A DNA stretch of 63,279 nt, counting the filler, from Octopus bimaculoides (lineage: Eukaryota), in NCBI RefSeq assembly GCF_001194135.2. It is 7 parts of 4 records of this genome, joined end to end, with 100 filler letters (N's around TTAATTAATTAA, not from the genome) between each part and the next. Parts side by side here need not be neighbours in the genome. Positions count along the whole stretch, not along the records: positions 6,389 to 15,757 come from NC_068995.1; positions 15,858 to 38,617 come from NC_068982.1; 5 more parts are not named here. One strand, written 5' to 3'. Position 1 is the stretch's first letter; each line of letters opens with the position of its first letter. Of the stretch, positions 13,420 through 26,265 are shown in pieces. The notes beneath the pieces are model-generated. The model ran no database searches, had not been told where the DNA came from, and was given only the letters and a program-made list of their open reading frames with translations. The translations under genes and the position numbers were made by a program.

Positions 13420-14136
13420 CAACTTTTTTCTCAAGAACATCTTGTTGTATTGGAGAACTATCAACATCGTGGATGTGAGTGGGTTGGCATAAAAGTGAAG
13501 TTGTATTTGACAAAGATATAGCAGACATGAAAGAATTGAAACTCACTGAATATTGGAAAAGACTTACCAGAGGTATGATGATTCGCTCCAAGTATAATAA
13601 TGCCGACTTCATGACTTGTTGAATGCATCGTGAAGATTGTAAAGAAAGCCAAGATTCCCCAATCTCCAATGGATTTTGTGCAGGTATCTGGTAAGGGTGA
13701 CGTCATGCCGGCTTGTATCTTTTTACAGGGATTTATGCTCAATTCAGACTATGCGAAGCTGCTGGAGCCTGTCTTCAAACTCTAGCTGAAGAGGATGACT
13801 ACTGAAATGCCATATTATGTTTGCTGGCTGCATTCGGCTCCCTCCCATATATCCGGGAATGCTGAAGTCGTCGAACAATTTCTACCACTACATCAACCCC
13901 AAGATCTGTCTTCTTAATCACCCCGATTATAATTGCATTGGTTAACATGTGTGAAACGGACTGCTTGCACCAAGCAGACTGCTTGCAACATTAAAACCGA
14001 ATACCAAGAGTGAACCAACAGCGAGATTAAGGAGATGCTCCAAAATATTCCCCGGCACATAGTGAGGGAGTCCTGTGTAAGGTACCTGAACCATTTTGAC
14101 TCTGCGGTGGAAGCTGAGCAAGACAATTTTGAGTAA
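13420..14136 (+). pseudogene. Tc1/mariner (maT/DD37D-like) transposase remnant
   Basis: VSGKGDVMPACIFLQGFMLNSDYAKLLEPV..., VCWLHSAPSH (WQQDSAP.H-like), NNFYHYINPKICLLNHPDYN (WPPNSPD.N-like) and VRESCVRYLNHFDSAVEAEQDNFE*. Confidence 0.7.
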
Positions 14137-14227
14137 ACCTTATTCCAAACGATCACCTAGTTATCGATTGTTTAAAATGAATTTTGTCCTTACGTGGGTG
14201 GCTGGAGATATTGACTATATACACAAA

Positions 14228-14317
14228 TCTTCTTCTTCTTCTTCTTCTTCTTCTTCTTCTTCTTCTTCTTCTTCTTCTTCTTCTTCTTCTTCTTCTTCTT
14301 CTTCTTCTTCTTCTTCT
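14228..14317. repeat. (TCT)n microsatellite next to an N gap
   Basis: Direct reading. Confidence 0.95.
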
Positions 14318-17300
14318 NNNNNNNNNNNNNNNNNNNNNNNNNNNNNNNNNNNNNNNNNNNNNNNNNNNNNNNNNNNNNNNNNNNNNNNNNNNNNNNNNNN
14401 NNNNNNNNNNNNNNNNNNNNNNNNNNNNNNNNNNNNNNNNNNNNNNNNNNNNNNNNNNNNNNNNNNNNNNNNNNNNNNNNNNNNNNNNNNNNNNNNNNNN
14501 NNNNNNNNNNNNNNNNNNNNNNNNNNNNNNNNNNNNNNNNNNNNNNNNNNNNNNNNNNNNNNNNNNNNNNNNNNNNNNNNNNNNNNNNNNNNNNNNNNNN
14601 NNNNNNNNNNNNNNNNNNNNNNNNNNNNNNNNNNNNNNNNNNNNNNNNNNNNNNNNNNNNNNNNNNNNNNNNNNNNNNNNNNNNNNNNNNNNNNNNNNNN
14701 NNNNNNNNNNNNNNNNNNNNNNNNNNNNNNNNNNNNNNNNNNNNNNNNNNNNNNNNNNNNNNNNNNNNNNNNNNNNNNNNNNNNNNNNNNNNNNNNNNNN
14801 NNNNNNNNNNNNNNNNNNNNNNNNNNNNNNNNNNNNNNNNNNNNNNNNNNNNNNNNNNNNNNNNNNNNNNNNNNNNNNNNNNNNNNNNNNNNNNNNNNNN
14901 NNNNNNNNNNNNNNNNNNNNNNNNNNNNNNNNNNNNNNNNNNNNNNNNNNNNNNNNNNNNNNNNNNNNNNNNNNNNNNNNNNNNNNNNNNNNNNNNNNNN
15001 NNNNNNNNNNNNNNNNNNNNNNNNNNNNNNNNNNNNNNNNNNNNNNNNNNNNNNNNNNNNNNNNNNNNNNNNNNNNNNNNNNNNNNNNNNNNNNNNNNNN
15101 NNNNNNNNNNNNNNNNNNNNNNNNNNNNNNNNNNNNNNNNNNNNNNNNNNNNNNNNNNNNNNNNNNNNNNNNNNNNNNNNNNNNNNNNNATACATAGGAT
15201 AGGTATATAGGTATATGTACGTAGGTATGTGTGAATGTACGTGTGTCTGTGCATATGTGTACACACACGTACATACTGATGTCTGCGTGTATGTATGTAT
15301 GTATGTATGTATGTATTTATGTATGTGTGTATGTATGTATGTATTTAATCTTCATAAGTAAACTTAATTACACTGTATCCTTTCTGATGCAGTTTCAGTG
15401 TTTTCATTAATGATGGAGCTCAAAGGGACATACTACTAATCGTTAGATTAAATTAGTAAATATTTCAGAAAGCAATTTCGATAAACGGATTAATCACTCC
15501 TTAGAATACAGTGCAGGCGACATTCTTGAATAGTCAGTAAAAGGATAGCGAAAATTATGTATTCAAGCTTACGTATGTATACACACGAACATACACACAC
15601 ATACAGATAGGTCTCATTTAATGTACACGATTTTCTACAAATGTATTATTCAATATATCTATGCACATGCAATTTATATCACTTTACTTATAAGGTACTC
15701 AATGAATTACCGCTAATACGACAGATACATGTAACACGTAATATATATATATATATANNNNNNNNNNNNNNNNNNNNNNNNNNNNNNNNNNNNNNNNNNN
15801 NTTAATTAATTAANNNNNNNNNNNNNNNNNNNNNNNNNNNNNNNNNNNNNNNNNNNNTATATTATGGTACTTGAACAGGCAAATTTATATCTTAAAGCAA
15901 TCTTTCAGGCTCTGTTTATGCGTAAAAAATAATTTTTAAAAACAAGGACGCTGGACAGTAAGAAAATAAGAAGAAAAAAAAAAAACCTGGAAAAAACTTG
16001 ACGAAGGCTGGTGCCAAAAATGCAACGAGAAAAACGAAGCGGAATCATGAATTACGATCCTCGTCTTCGCTGATTGCAGAAAGCACGTTAAATACAACTG
16101 GTTTAGAAAAAATAACAGAAAATATGTCTAAGTTTGCGAGACAGCAACTCACTCCAGTGCGGGTGATGTCCTCCAATTCGATAAGAGAAACCTGTTTCTG
16201 AGGCTACACCTGCTAAATACATACACATTATACATTTCATATGGATATATTTACACACACCTCATACGTCGTCTAACGATGAGAAAGCTGTATTTGTTCA
16301 TATACAATGATTCAGATTTTCATCATATCAATTATATCAATCAAAATTTATATGTATGATATATGTGGACATACCATATCACAATTCAATTTAATATTTC
16401 ACTCTGACATTAAACTGTAATTGTATGACGAACATTTATGTGTGCATGTATGTTACTGTTTATGTGTATGTATGAGTGTGTGCATGTATCTAGGTGTGTA
16501 TGTGCAAGTGTGTATGTTGTGTGCGTGCGTGTGTGTAAGTATATTTGTGTGTGCGCGCGCGCGCGTGTATGTGTGTGTGTGTGCATTAGGAGCTGTATTT
16601 AATCTTAGTAGTCGGCACTTGATGGTTTCATCGATGACTTGTATTTGCGGTACATTTCGGACGTCTCGTTGTATTTCGGTGTCAGATATATGTTAATAAT
16701 AAAATGCATGTCTGTTTCTGAATGGTGTTATAAATATCCATAGATGTGTATTTAAAGTATGCACTGTTACAGCAGAGTTCGGTATCAAAGTAAACTAGTC
16801 GGAATCTATAAATCAAAACGAAAGTTCGTGCAATGTCGAATTAATTCAGTTGGCGTGAAGGCTATAAAAAGAACGTTTCGGGGTTGGGCCTTTCAACAGA
16901 TTGTAGTAAAACGCGAAAGAAGTTTTACTTGCCAGATGACACTATGTATACATACATAACATATATATGTGCGTGCGTGTGCATATATATGTATATATAT
17001 ATATATATNNNNNNNNNNNNNNNNNNNNNNNNNNNNNNNNNNNNNNNNNNNNNNNNNNNNNNNNNNNNNNNNNNNNNNNNNNNNNNNNNNNNNNNNNNNN
17101 NNNNNNNNNNNNNNNNNNNNNNNNNNNNNNNNNNNNNNNNNNNNNNNNNNNNNNNNNNNNNNNNNNNNNNNNNNNNNNNNNNNNNNNNNNNNNNNNNNNN
17201 NNNNNNNNNNNNNNNNNNNNNNNNNNNNNNNNNNNNNNNNNNNNNNNNNNNNNNNNNNNNNNNNNNNNNNNNNNNNNNNNNNNNNNNNNNNNNNNNNNNN

Positions 17301-17599
17301 NNNNNNNNNNNNNNNNNNNNNNNNNNNNNNNNNNNNNNNNNNNNNNNNNNNNNNNNNNNNNNNNNNNNNNNNNNNNNNNNNNNNNNNNNNNNNNNNNNNN
17401 NNNNNNNNNNNNNNNNNNNNNNNNNNNNNNNNNNNNNNNNNNNNNNNNNNNNNNNNNNNNNNNNNNNNNNNNNNNNNNNNNNNNNNNNNNNNNNNNNNNN
17501 NNNNNNNNNNNNNNNNNNNNNNNNNNNNNNNNNNNNNNNNNNNNNNNNNNNNNNNNNNNNNNNNNNNNNNNNNNNNNNNNNNNNNNNNNNNNNNNNNNN

Positions 17600-17632
<33 letters not shown>

Positions 17633-18246
17633 TCACACACACGCACATACACACGTACGCACGCACTCACACGTACATGTATACATATAATTCTCATATA
17701 GCTCCTATCTACATCTACACACTGAAACAAGAGATACGTATAGACATATATACACACTTATATACACACATCCCTCTAATCGAGCCACAAATTCATGCGT
17801 ATACGTAAATTGAAGATGAGAATTTCATCAGTAGTGAGAGACATGCGAGAGAGAATTATTGCTATTTTTGGTTCGGAACCGATGTTTAATGAAAAATAAA
17901 ATAAAGCAAGCTCAGTTACGTCGCTATAAGTTCCCGGTGAGACAACAGAAGTTCAATCAGAGATCACGGCGGGATCTGTTCAAAGAAACGAAAAAACATA
18001 GACGAGGTAAACAAAACAATGCCATGTCTTATAAGCCACTTTACCAAACTGTAAAGATATTTAGAAATAGATATTAATCTCGCAAAATTACTTTTACTGT
18101 GACAAAAATCAACGTGTTATTAATAGATGTCGGTCCGTCTGTCTGTCTGTCTCTTTGTACGTATGTACGTACGCAAGTACGTACATAAGTACGTATGTGT
18201 GTATATATGAATGCATGTATGTATTTATGTATGGTTGTATGTATGC

Positions 18247-18279
<33 letters not shown>

Positions 18280-18431
18280 TGTATGTATGTATGTATATAT
18301 GTATGTATGTATGTATCTTCCTTCCTTTCTTTCTTTCTTTCTATTTATCTACCTAGCTAGATATACACAAACATATATATGCATACATAGAAACAGTCAT
18401 ATATTAATGTATGCACGGATATACGTATATG

Positions 18432-18527
<96 letters not shown>

Positions 18528-20284
18528 TCATATACATATAGATATGTATATAGATATATATAAATATATACATATATAAATAGATATTTATATATACATA
18601 TTATATATATATGTTTATATGTATATTATATATATATATTTATTTATTTGTATGTATATATACATACATATATATACATACATCTATACGTATATATATA
18701 TGCATATGTGGGCACAGGACGCCACGTAACATGTATAACAAAAGAGTACGCAGCACGAGTACATGGAACATGAACTATTCTTTCGAACAACGGAAGGCAC
18801 AAATGGAAGACAGAACAAACAACATAAAGAACAACCGTTTATCAGTTGCTGTCTGTTTTTCCAGTTTCGTATTTCGAGCATTTAACAACAATATACGCTT
18901 TCGATAAAATAGCTGCTCCCGCAAAGCAAATTAAATGAAATTTGGGATTTTGCGGAGGGTCAAAATAGGTAACACAAACAGGACAGTGAAAATAAACAGG
19001 AAGGGCATATATAATCATATATGTATATATATATATGTATTTATATATATATATGTTTGTGAGTGTGTGTGTATGTATATATATATATATATATATATNN
19101 NNNNNNNNNNNNNNNNNNNNNNNNNNNNNNNNNNNNNNNNNNNNNNNNNNNNNNNNNNNNNNNNNNNNNNNNNNNNNNNNNNNNNNNNNNNNNNNNNNNN
19201 NNNNNNNNNNNNNNNNNNNNNNNNNNNNNNNNNNNNNNNNNNNNNNNNNNNNNNNNNNNNNNNNNNNNNNNNNNNNNNNNNNNNNNNNNNNNNNNNNNNN
19301 NNNNNNNNNNNNNNNNNNNNNNNNNNNNNNNNNNNNNNNNNNNNNNNNNNNNNNNNNNNNNNNNNNNNNNNNNNNNNNNNNNNNNNNNNNNNNNNNNNNN
19401 NNNNNNNNNNNNNNNNNNNNNNNNNNNNNNNNNNNNNNNNNNNNNNNNNNNNNNNNNNNNNNNNNNNNNNNNNNNNNNNNNNNNNNNNNNNNNNNNNNNN
19501 NNNNNNNNNNNNNNNNNNNNNNNNNNNNNNNNNNNNNNNNNNNNNNNNNNNNNNNNNNNNNNNNNNNNNNNNNNNNNNNNNNNNNNNNNNNNNNNNNNNN
19601 NNNNNNNNNNNNNNNNNNNNNNNNNNNNNNNNNNNNNNNNNNNNNNNNNNNNNNNNNNNNNNNNNNNNNNNNNNNNNNNNNNNNNNNNNNNNNNNNNNNN
19701 NNNNNNNNNNNNNNNNNNNNNNNNNNNNNNNNNNNNNNNNNNNNNNNNNNNNNNNNNNNNNNNNNNNNNNNNNNNNNNNNNNNNNNNNNNNNNNNNNNNN
19801 NNNNNNNNNNNNNNNNNNNNNNNNNNNNACACACACACAAGTGTATTAGATTTTAGGATCGATCCGGCACCGGACAGGGATTCAGGATTATTTATTATAT
19901 TTACTTTACTTTACATGAAGTATTACGATCTTACGTTCACTTTCAAGTATATCTCTGATTATCTCCCTTGAAAGCACGCTCATGGTTTCCACGTAAGTTA
20001 TGGCGTTGTTGCTGTTTCCAAAGTTTTATTTTCGTTTCTAAAGTTTTATTAATTTTACTCGCGTCTCTATCTTGGTAGAAACTGGCGGATAAAGAAAATC
20101 AAACTGCATAAACAAACGGCAGCAAAACCGTTCTGAAATTAAATAGTTCAGTAACAATGATAAATTTAATTTATCTTCGACAATTTTTAGTTTTACCCAC
20201 TTTGAATATATCGCTCCTGTTTAAAACCTCTTACTTGCTTGACAATTGCATTTCTAGTTCTGCCTTGAAGGAAGTTTTACTTCT

Positions 20285-20440
20285 TGTACTCACGTTTTTG
20301 TGAGTAACGATGTTGTTAAACCCTCGTTAACAGTACCGTATGCAGGTCCTTTCCGTTTTCTTTCATGCACAGATAAATTTTTCACTATAGACCTTAATGG
20401 TCGTAAAGACACTATGTCAGTGGATAGACTAAAAAAGGCC
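20285..20440 (+). pseudogene. Ty3/Gypsy integrase C-terminal (GPY/F) fragment
   Basis: CTHVFVSNDVVKPSLTVPYAGPFRFLSCTDKFFTIDLNGRKDTMSVDRLKKA matches the HVFVR.D...L.PPY.GP+.V....K.F.....G+.D.VS+DRLK.A pattern. Confidence 0.85.
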
Positions 20441-20966
20441 CTCATAGAGAAATCTGTCCCAATTCCTACTGTAGACGACACACACACACAGCATTACAAA
20501 CATAGCCCGTACACCCACCTTCACATTCCATGACTACCATTGGGATCGATCAGGTACCGGACAAGGATGCTGGATTATTTTCCCGGTTTTTTAACTTAAT
20601 TTTTGAGAGAGGTCGGGATCATTTTTAGTATTCTCATTTGTGAGAGCAGTCGAATTTATTTAAGATATTCTCATGTTAAAAATCATCTCCGGCTAATCGT
20701 TGAGACGACGTTGGTGTTGCCTTGGCGGAGGTTTGCGCTCTCTGAGTGCTGTTGTTTTTGTTGTTGTTGTTGTTGCTGTTGTTAGTTTTTGTTGGCAGAC
20801 GAGATTACATGATTATCTATTTGTTCTCATATCTCCTTCTCCTACTTATTTTCTTTCTGCAGAAATGCGCTGTGTCACCTGGATATTTTCTGTTCCTTAG
20901 AGATTAACGATTTGTCAGACAACAGTTACGAGAGGTCGGTCTGTTGACACTGTTTGATATCGTCAT

Positions 20967-21066
<100 letters not shown>

Positions 21067-21323
21067 GTGGCGCTACATAATCTATATTGTATATATATTT
21101 ATGTAATGTATGTATGTTTACGAGGCACTTATGTATGTGTGCGTTTACATGTATATTTGCACGTATGTGTGTATGTACATACGTACTTACGTATGTATAT
21201 GTATGTATATGTCTATGTGTAAGCTGATATATATTTGTACAGAGATTTATTATGTACTCTGTACTTATATATACTATATTCTCTTGATGTTTATACAGAC
21301 ATATATGTGTGCGTGTGTATATG

Positions 21324-21360
<37 letters not shown>

Positions 21361-22386
21361 TTATAAATGTATGTATACATATGTATGATGTATCTAAATA
21401 TGTATGTATGTAAATATGTATGTATGTATGTATATATGATTGTGTTTGTGTGCGCCTGTGCGTGTGTTTGAAGTTTGTCGGTCAATGATAAAGAATTGAT
21501 ACTAACGTGAATTGAGGTAGATCTTGTTCTTACATGTGTCACGGAAAAAGAAAATCAGCGAAACGCTTTCTTCTCCTCCTCCTCCCGCTCCCTCTGAAAA
21601 AAAAGCACAAAAAGAAACAATGGCACCGTGTGCAAATTGTGTAAAGATTGGCAAGAAAGCACACACACACACACACATTCAGATTCACATACAAAGAATA
21701 TAAAACAACAAAGAAAACTAGAAATATGAAGAGCAAGAACAAAAGAGAACGAGACAAAAATATACAACAAACATTACAAAACCCAGGAAAGATAAATGAA
21801 AAGCTTAAAGTCGAAGAAAAAAGAAATAAAAAAACGATAGAAAATACACAGAAAACAAACAGCGAAAGCTCTTGTTTACCTCCATCTACCTCCTCCAAAA
21901 ACAAAAACAAAACACTATTTACAAGAACAACAAAAATAATATCCACCGACAAACCTTTCTTCTTATCACATTTGAAGTTGATTTTGAGATAATCAATTGA
22001 AGTTCATAATCATTGATAGATTAATGGAACTACTTTATCCTCCAAGTTTCTTTGTCGTTCTGTCTGTTTTGTCAATATTTAGTCAGTCTATCGAACTCTT
22101 TCAGTTCTGTGGCCGTGATATGGAGAGAGAAGGATCTAAAGGCTGTGGTCATGGCAAGGCACAGATAGGCGTGGCAGTATGGTTAAGAAATTCACTTTGT
22201 AAATGTCTTCTCCCACAACCTAGGGTCTATCAAATCCTTGTTAAACAAAATTTAGTCGTCAGAAACAGTGGAAGCCCCGCACAAGGACTTTTCCTGCTTT
22301 TGAGTGGCGAACTTATTCCCTTTCTGGGTTTAACATCATGTGTATCTTAGGCGCCGTATCTTAGGTTTAACATCGTCATGTGTATC

Positions 22387-22420
22387 TTAGGGTTAGGGTT
22401 AGGGTTAGGGTTAGGGTTAG
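22387..22420 (+). repeat. interstitial telomeric repeat (TTAGGG)5 TTAG
   Basis: Direct reading; perfect repeats. Confidence 0.9.
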
Positions 22421-22604
22421 CAGAGTTAGAAATGTTGCAAGCTTCGAGAATGATCTCCGATTTCAGGATAACGTCCATCTTTCCAACAGTTTTAGGGGGC
22501 ATGGAAAAGGATCACTTCCTTCTCTAAGCTATTGAAAAAAAAAAAAAAACGAAATTAAAAAGGGCATGAAAAGAGAAACATTTTTTAATGAAGAAAAAAA
22601 ATTT

Positions 22605-22734
22605 ACTCTTTTACTCTTTTACTTGTTTCAGTCATTTGACTGTGGCCATGCTGGAGCACCGCCTTTAGTCGAGCAAATCGATCCCAGGACTTATTCTTTG
22701 TAAGCCTAGTACTTATTCTNNNNNNNNNNAGACA

Positions 22735-22776
<42 letters not shown>

Positions 22777-22945
22777 CATACATATATACGACGGGCTTCT
22801 TTCAGTTTCCGTCTACCAAATCCACTCACAAGGCTTTGGTCGGCCCGAGGCTATAGTAGAAGATACTAGCCCAAGGTGTCACACAGTGGGACTAAACCCA
22901 GAACCATGTGGTTGGTAAGCAAGCTACTTACCACACAGCCACTCC
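22605..22945 (-). mobile_element. family A SINE with internal microsatellite (10-N gap inside)
   Basis: Tail (TAAAAGAG)n reversed at 22605, body, CA/TA tract, tRNA-like head at ~22945. Confidence 0.85.
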
Positions 22946-22989
22946 TGGCCTATTGATAACAATAATTTCAAATTGTGGCACAGAACTGG

Positions 22990-23390
22990 TAGTTTTGAGG
23001 GAAGGGATAAATAAATTACATCGACTGGTATTTATTTCATCGACCCCGAAAGACAAAGTCGACCTCGGCGAAATTCGAGCTCAGAACATGAAGACGGACG
23101 ACATGCTGCTAATCATTTTGTCCGGCCAGCTAACGGTTCTGCCAGCTCGTCGCCTTAATTTATAACAATAATAATGGTTTCAAATTTTGGCACAAGACCA
23201 GCAAGTTCGGGGGAGGGGTAAGTTAAATACATCGACCCCATTGCTCAACTGATACTTATTTTATCGACTCCGAAAGGATGAAAGGCAAAATCGACCTTGG
23301 CAGAGTTTGAACTCAGAACGTAAGGAAGGACGAAATGCTGCTAAGTATTTTGTTCGGTGGTGAGTTAACGGTTCTGCCAGCTCGCCGCCT
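22990..23390 (-). mobile_element. two tandem family C SINE copies
   Basis: Two blocks ending TTCTGCCAGCTCG(T/C)CGCCT at ~23155 and ~23390, each with GAACTCAGAAC/GAGCTCAGAAC B-box complement. Confidence 0.8.
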
Positions 23391-23421
23391 TAATTGTTAA
23401 CCATAGTAACGATTTCTTTTA

Positions 23422-23807
23422 ATACAGTTCTATATTTAAGAGACGAGGAATTATGGACATTATTTACATTATTTACATTAAACGGATATTTGTTCTCATC
23501 TTGTTTGTTGTTAACACAACGTTTCGGCATATGGCATAGTGGTTAAGAGCACGGGCTACTAACCCCAAGATTCCGAGTTCGATTCCAAGCAGTGATCTGA
23601 ACAACAACAACAACAATAATAATAATAATAATAATAATGACAACAACAACAACAACAACATCGAAAAATACCTTAGGAATGAGAACCCAGGTTCGAAATT
23701 TGCCCAAGATACCTGAAGAAGGCTGGAGGGTATATCAGCCGAAACGTTGTGTTAACAACAAACAAGATGAGGACAAATATCCGTTGAATGTAAATAATGT
23801 AAATAAT
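23422..23807 (+). mobile_element. tRNA-headed, hammerhead-containing SINE-like element with inverted 5' copy of its own tail
   Basis: tRNA-like head 23526-23597 (A-box TGGCATAGTGG, B-box GAGTTCGATTCC); AAC/AAT tract; HHR at 23708-23753; arms 23458-23528 and 23738-23808 are inverted; 11-bp TSD GATTTCTTTTA at 23411-23421 and 23808-23818. Confidence 0.8.
23708..23753 (+). ncRNA. minimal type-I hammerhead ribozyme (PLE-type)
   Basis: GAUAC-CUGAAGA-A-GGCUG(GAGGGUAUAU)CAGCC-GAAAC-GUU^GUGUU. Palindromic ACGU helix III; 5-bp stem I with two GU pairs; predicted cut between 23748 and 23749. Confidence 0.8.
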
Positions 23808-24406
23808 GATTTCTTTTATTGGCTACAAATGTTGAAGACGTGGGGACAATACAAAAGCAAATTACAAATGGTGGAGAAGAAATAACGGGGACTAATATGA
23901 AATATAATGATCGGAATAACAAAACAGAAGAGACATTAATATATTAATTACATTATATAATAATAAGTGTATTAAATATTTCTCCAACGCTTGAATGATA
24001 TTTATTTTATTGACACTGAATGGATAACCACAACCGGTTTTGAATTCAGAGCTTAAAAGGACGTAATTATATATGAAGCTCTAACGATCCGGCAAATCCA
24101 CTGCAATTTATAATGTGTATGTTGTTCGTATTCACTTTCATTTGAGGGGAATAAAGCCCCTAATGGAATTGCCTTGCTCAAGGACACTTTCTCCGGTCCA
24201 GGAATCGAATACGTCACTTTGCGATCGTGAGGCTAACACTCTAACTACTAGGGCACGTGGTCTCACACGTGTGCACACAAACGCATGCACACAGTCGAGG
24301 GAGGAAGGACAGAATCAAGTGACCTGATTGGTGATGGAGGGGGTGGGAATATGTCCTCAGATCAGAAATGCTTACAACAAAAATATAAAAAAATTAAAGA
24401 AATAAT

Positions 24407-24478
24407 TTCCCAAGCGGGGAATCGAACCCCGGCCGCCGCGGTGAGAGCGCGGAATCCTAACCACTAGACTACTTGGGA
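24407..24478 (-). tRNA. tRNA-Glu-CTC: tRNA-Glu (anticodon CTC)
   Basis: TCCCAAGTAGTCTAGTGGTTAGGATTCCGCGCTCTCACCGCGGCGGCCGGGGTTCGATTCCCCGCTTGGGAA (72 nt). Perfect acceptor, anticodon and T stems; oligo-T downstream. Confidence 0.93.
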
Positions 24479-24900
24479 TATATGGACGAACTGCTGAAAC
24501 AGTCGAATTTAATACATAGCCACTGACAACATTACGAAACCGTGTCATGTTTAAGTGTTGGCATACCAACAAACCATTAATTATATCATATCAACAGACC
24601 GTCAAAGATATCGAGAGAGAGAAATGGTGGTGTTAAATTGGTCGGCATATTAATGCTGACATTCCCAAGAAGGGGAAGAATCCTCTCAAAAAGCTTCCAC
24701 ACAATTTTCGTCTCCCTAATTTTACTCAGTTTAGTTGGCGTAAAGCTTTAGTAGAAGACACTACTGTGGGCAGCTCTGATCGTCTCGCAAAACACGAACT
24801 GCCTTTGCAGAATTAAACTAAAAATTTCAATATATCCAAGTTTATGAATTGAAAATTAAAAACCAATAAACAAAAATGGAAGTGGGGAAAAAATACAGCT

Positions 24901-24972
24901 TTCCCAAGCGGGGAATCGAACCCCGGCCGCCGCGGTGAGAGCGCGGAATCCTAACCACTAGACCACTTGGGA
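24901..24972 (-). tRNA. tRNA-Glu-CTC: tRNA-Glu (anticodon CTC), second copy
   Basis: Identical to the first copy except G at position 9; T6 terminator ~10 nt downstream. Confidence 0.95.
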
Positions 24973-25277
24973 CATTCGGATACTTGCATTAAAACAGTCG
25001 AATTTAACGCAGTCACTGACAGCAAAACTGAGTCATGTTTAAGTGTTGGCATACCAACAGACCTTTGGCTATCAAATATAATCTCCTACTCCTCCATTCA
25101 CATTGCTTACCCTACTCCTCATTCTCTCACTATCTACTTGTACATTATCTCATCGACTCCGTCTGTTCCTCACAGCCTATTTATACACTGTCTTAATATC
25201 TCCCTCCTCATTCCTTTACTATCTACCTCAATACCTTTCTTCTTGTTTTCAATCTTATCTCCCCACTCCCTCGTTCT

Positions 25278-25296
25278 CTGATGAAGGGCTCTGCCC
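25278..25296 (+). other. hammerhead relic (core plus stem II only)
   Basis: CUGAUGA-AGGGC(UCU)GCCCU is followed by ACACC instead of GAAAC; pyrimidine-rich context. Confidence 0.3.
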
Positions 25297-25761
25297 TACA
25301 CCTTTACTTCTCAATGCAGTTGCATTTTCTCCTGCTGACTCTGCCACTAATATTTTGTGCTACGACGACGACGTCAACGACAGCAACAATAACAACAATA
25401 GCAACCTAAGTGCAATGAGCCACCGAGCGAGTGTCTACGAGGTCAGACAATCTGCTAGAAATAGCAGCTATATTCCCTCGAATTACATGTGATATCACTC
25501 ATAAATGACCTATTGGATAATACACGATTCATGAGATGATGCTTGTCTTTGGTTATATAAAATCCAGTAAAAAACATAACTATGTAATCAATCATTAATC
25601 AATGAGTTTCCCCAGAGACGTTTTCTTACTTAATGATTTATTATTCTTACTTAATGATTTATTCTTTTTAATATGAATTCTCGTTAGTAGAGATGGACTG
25701 AAACATCGAACTAAGAACACTGTGTAGCTGTGCCCTGCTGGACCCTCTTTCATCGAAGTGT

Positions 25762-26265
25762 AGGTGTGGCTGTGCCGTAAGAAGCTTGCTTCACAACCAG
25801 ATGGTTCCAGGTTCAGTCCCGCTGTGTGGCACCTTGGGCCGGTGCCTTGGTTAATATAAAGATCTTCACTCGTTAAAAAACAACAACAAAAAACAGCCTG
25901 CTGGGTGTTAACAGCTGTGTAGAAAACAAATGACAAAAAAGTTTGCGCAAACGGACCTAAAGAGGTGGGGACAGGACTTTCGGAAACTTCACAAAATCCG
26001 ATTTTTCTGTCATAACTTTCGGGAAAATGGATATGTATTGATTTTTTTTTTACGGAATCCCACGTTTTTGGTTATGGAGGATCTTTTTTTAAACATGTTT
26101 TTGGTCATAATCTGATGAACAACGTTGCAGTTTCCCTCTACCAAATTCAGTCACAAGTCTGTGGTTGGCCAAAGGCTATAGGAGAAAACACTTGCCTAAG
26201 GTATCATGCAGAGGGATTGAACGTGGAACCATGTGGTTGGGAAGCAAACTTCTCAACCACACAAT
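25762..26265. mobile_element. two family A SINE fragments in opposite orientation (25762-25850 +, ~26130-26265 -)
   Basis: tRNA-like heads GTGTGGCTGTGCCGTAAGAAGCTTGC...GGTTCAGTCCC and the reverse-complement equivalent. Confidence 0.75.

Noticed and set aside
13786-13810. CUGAAGA...GAAA string
   Set aside because: Inside the transposase reading frame; no stems.
14096-19971. Long ORFs of 240-370 aa in the track
   Set aside because: They consist of N-gap (X) and microsatellite translations; they are not genes.
23526-23597. SINE heads (also 6017, 42806, 43122) as functional tRNA genes
   Set aside because: The acceptor stems do not pair and each head runs into a repeat body.
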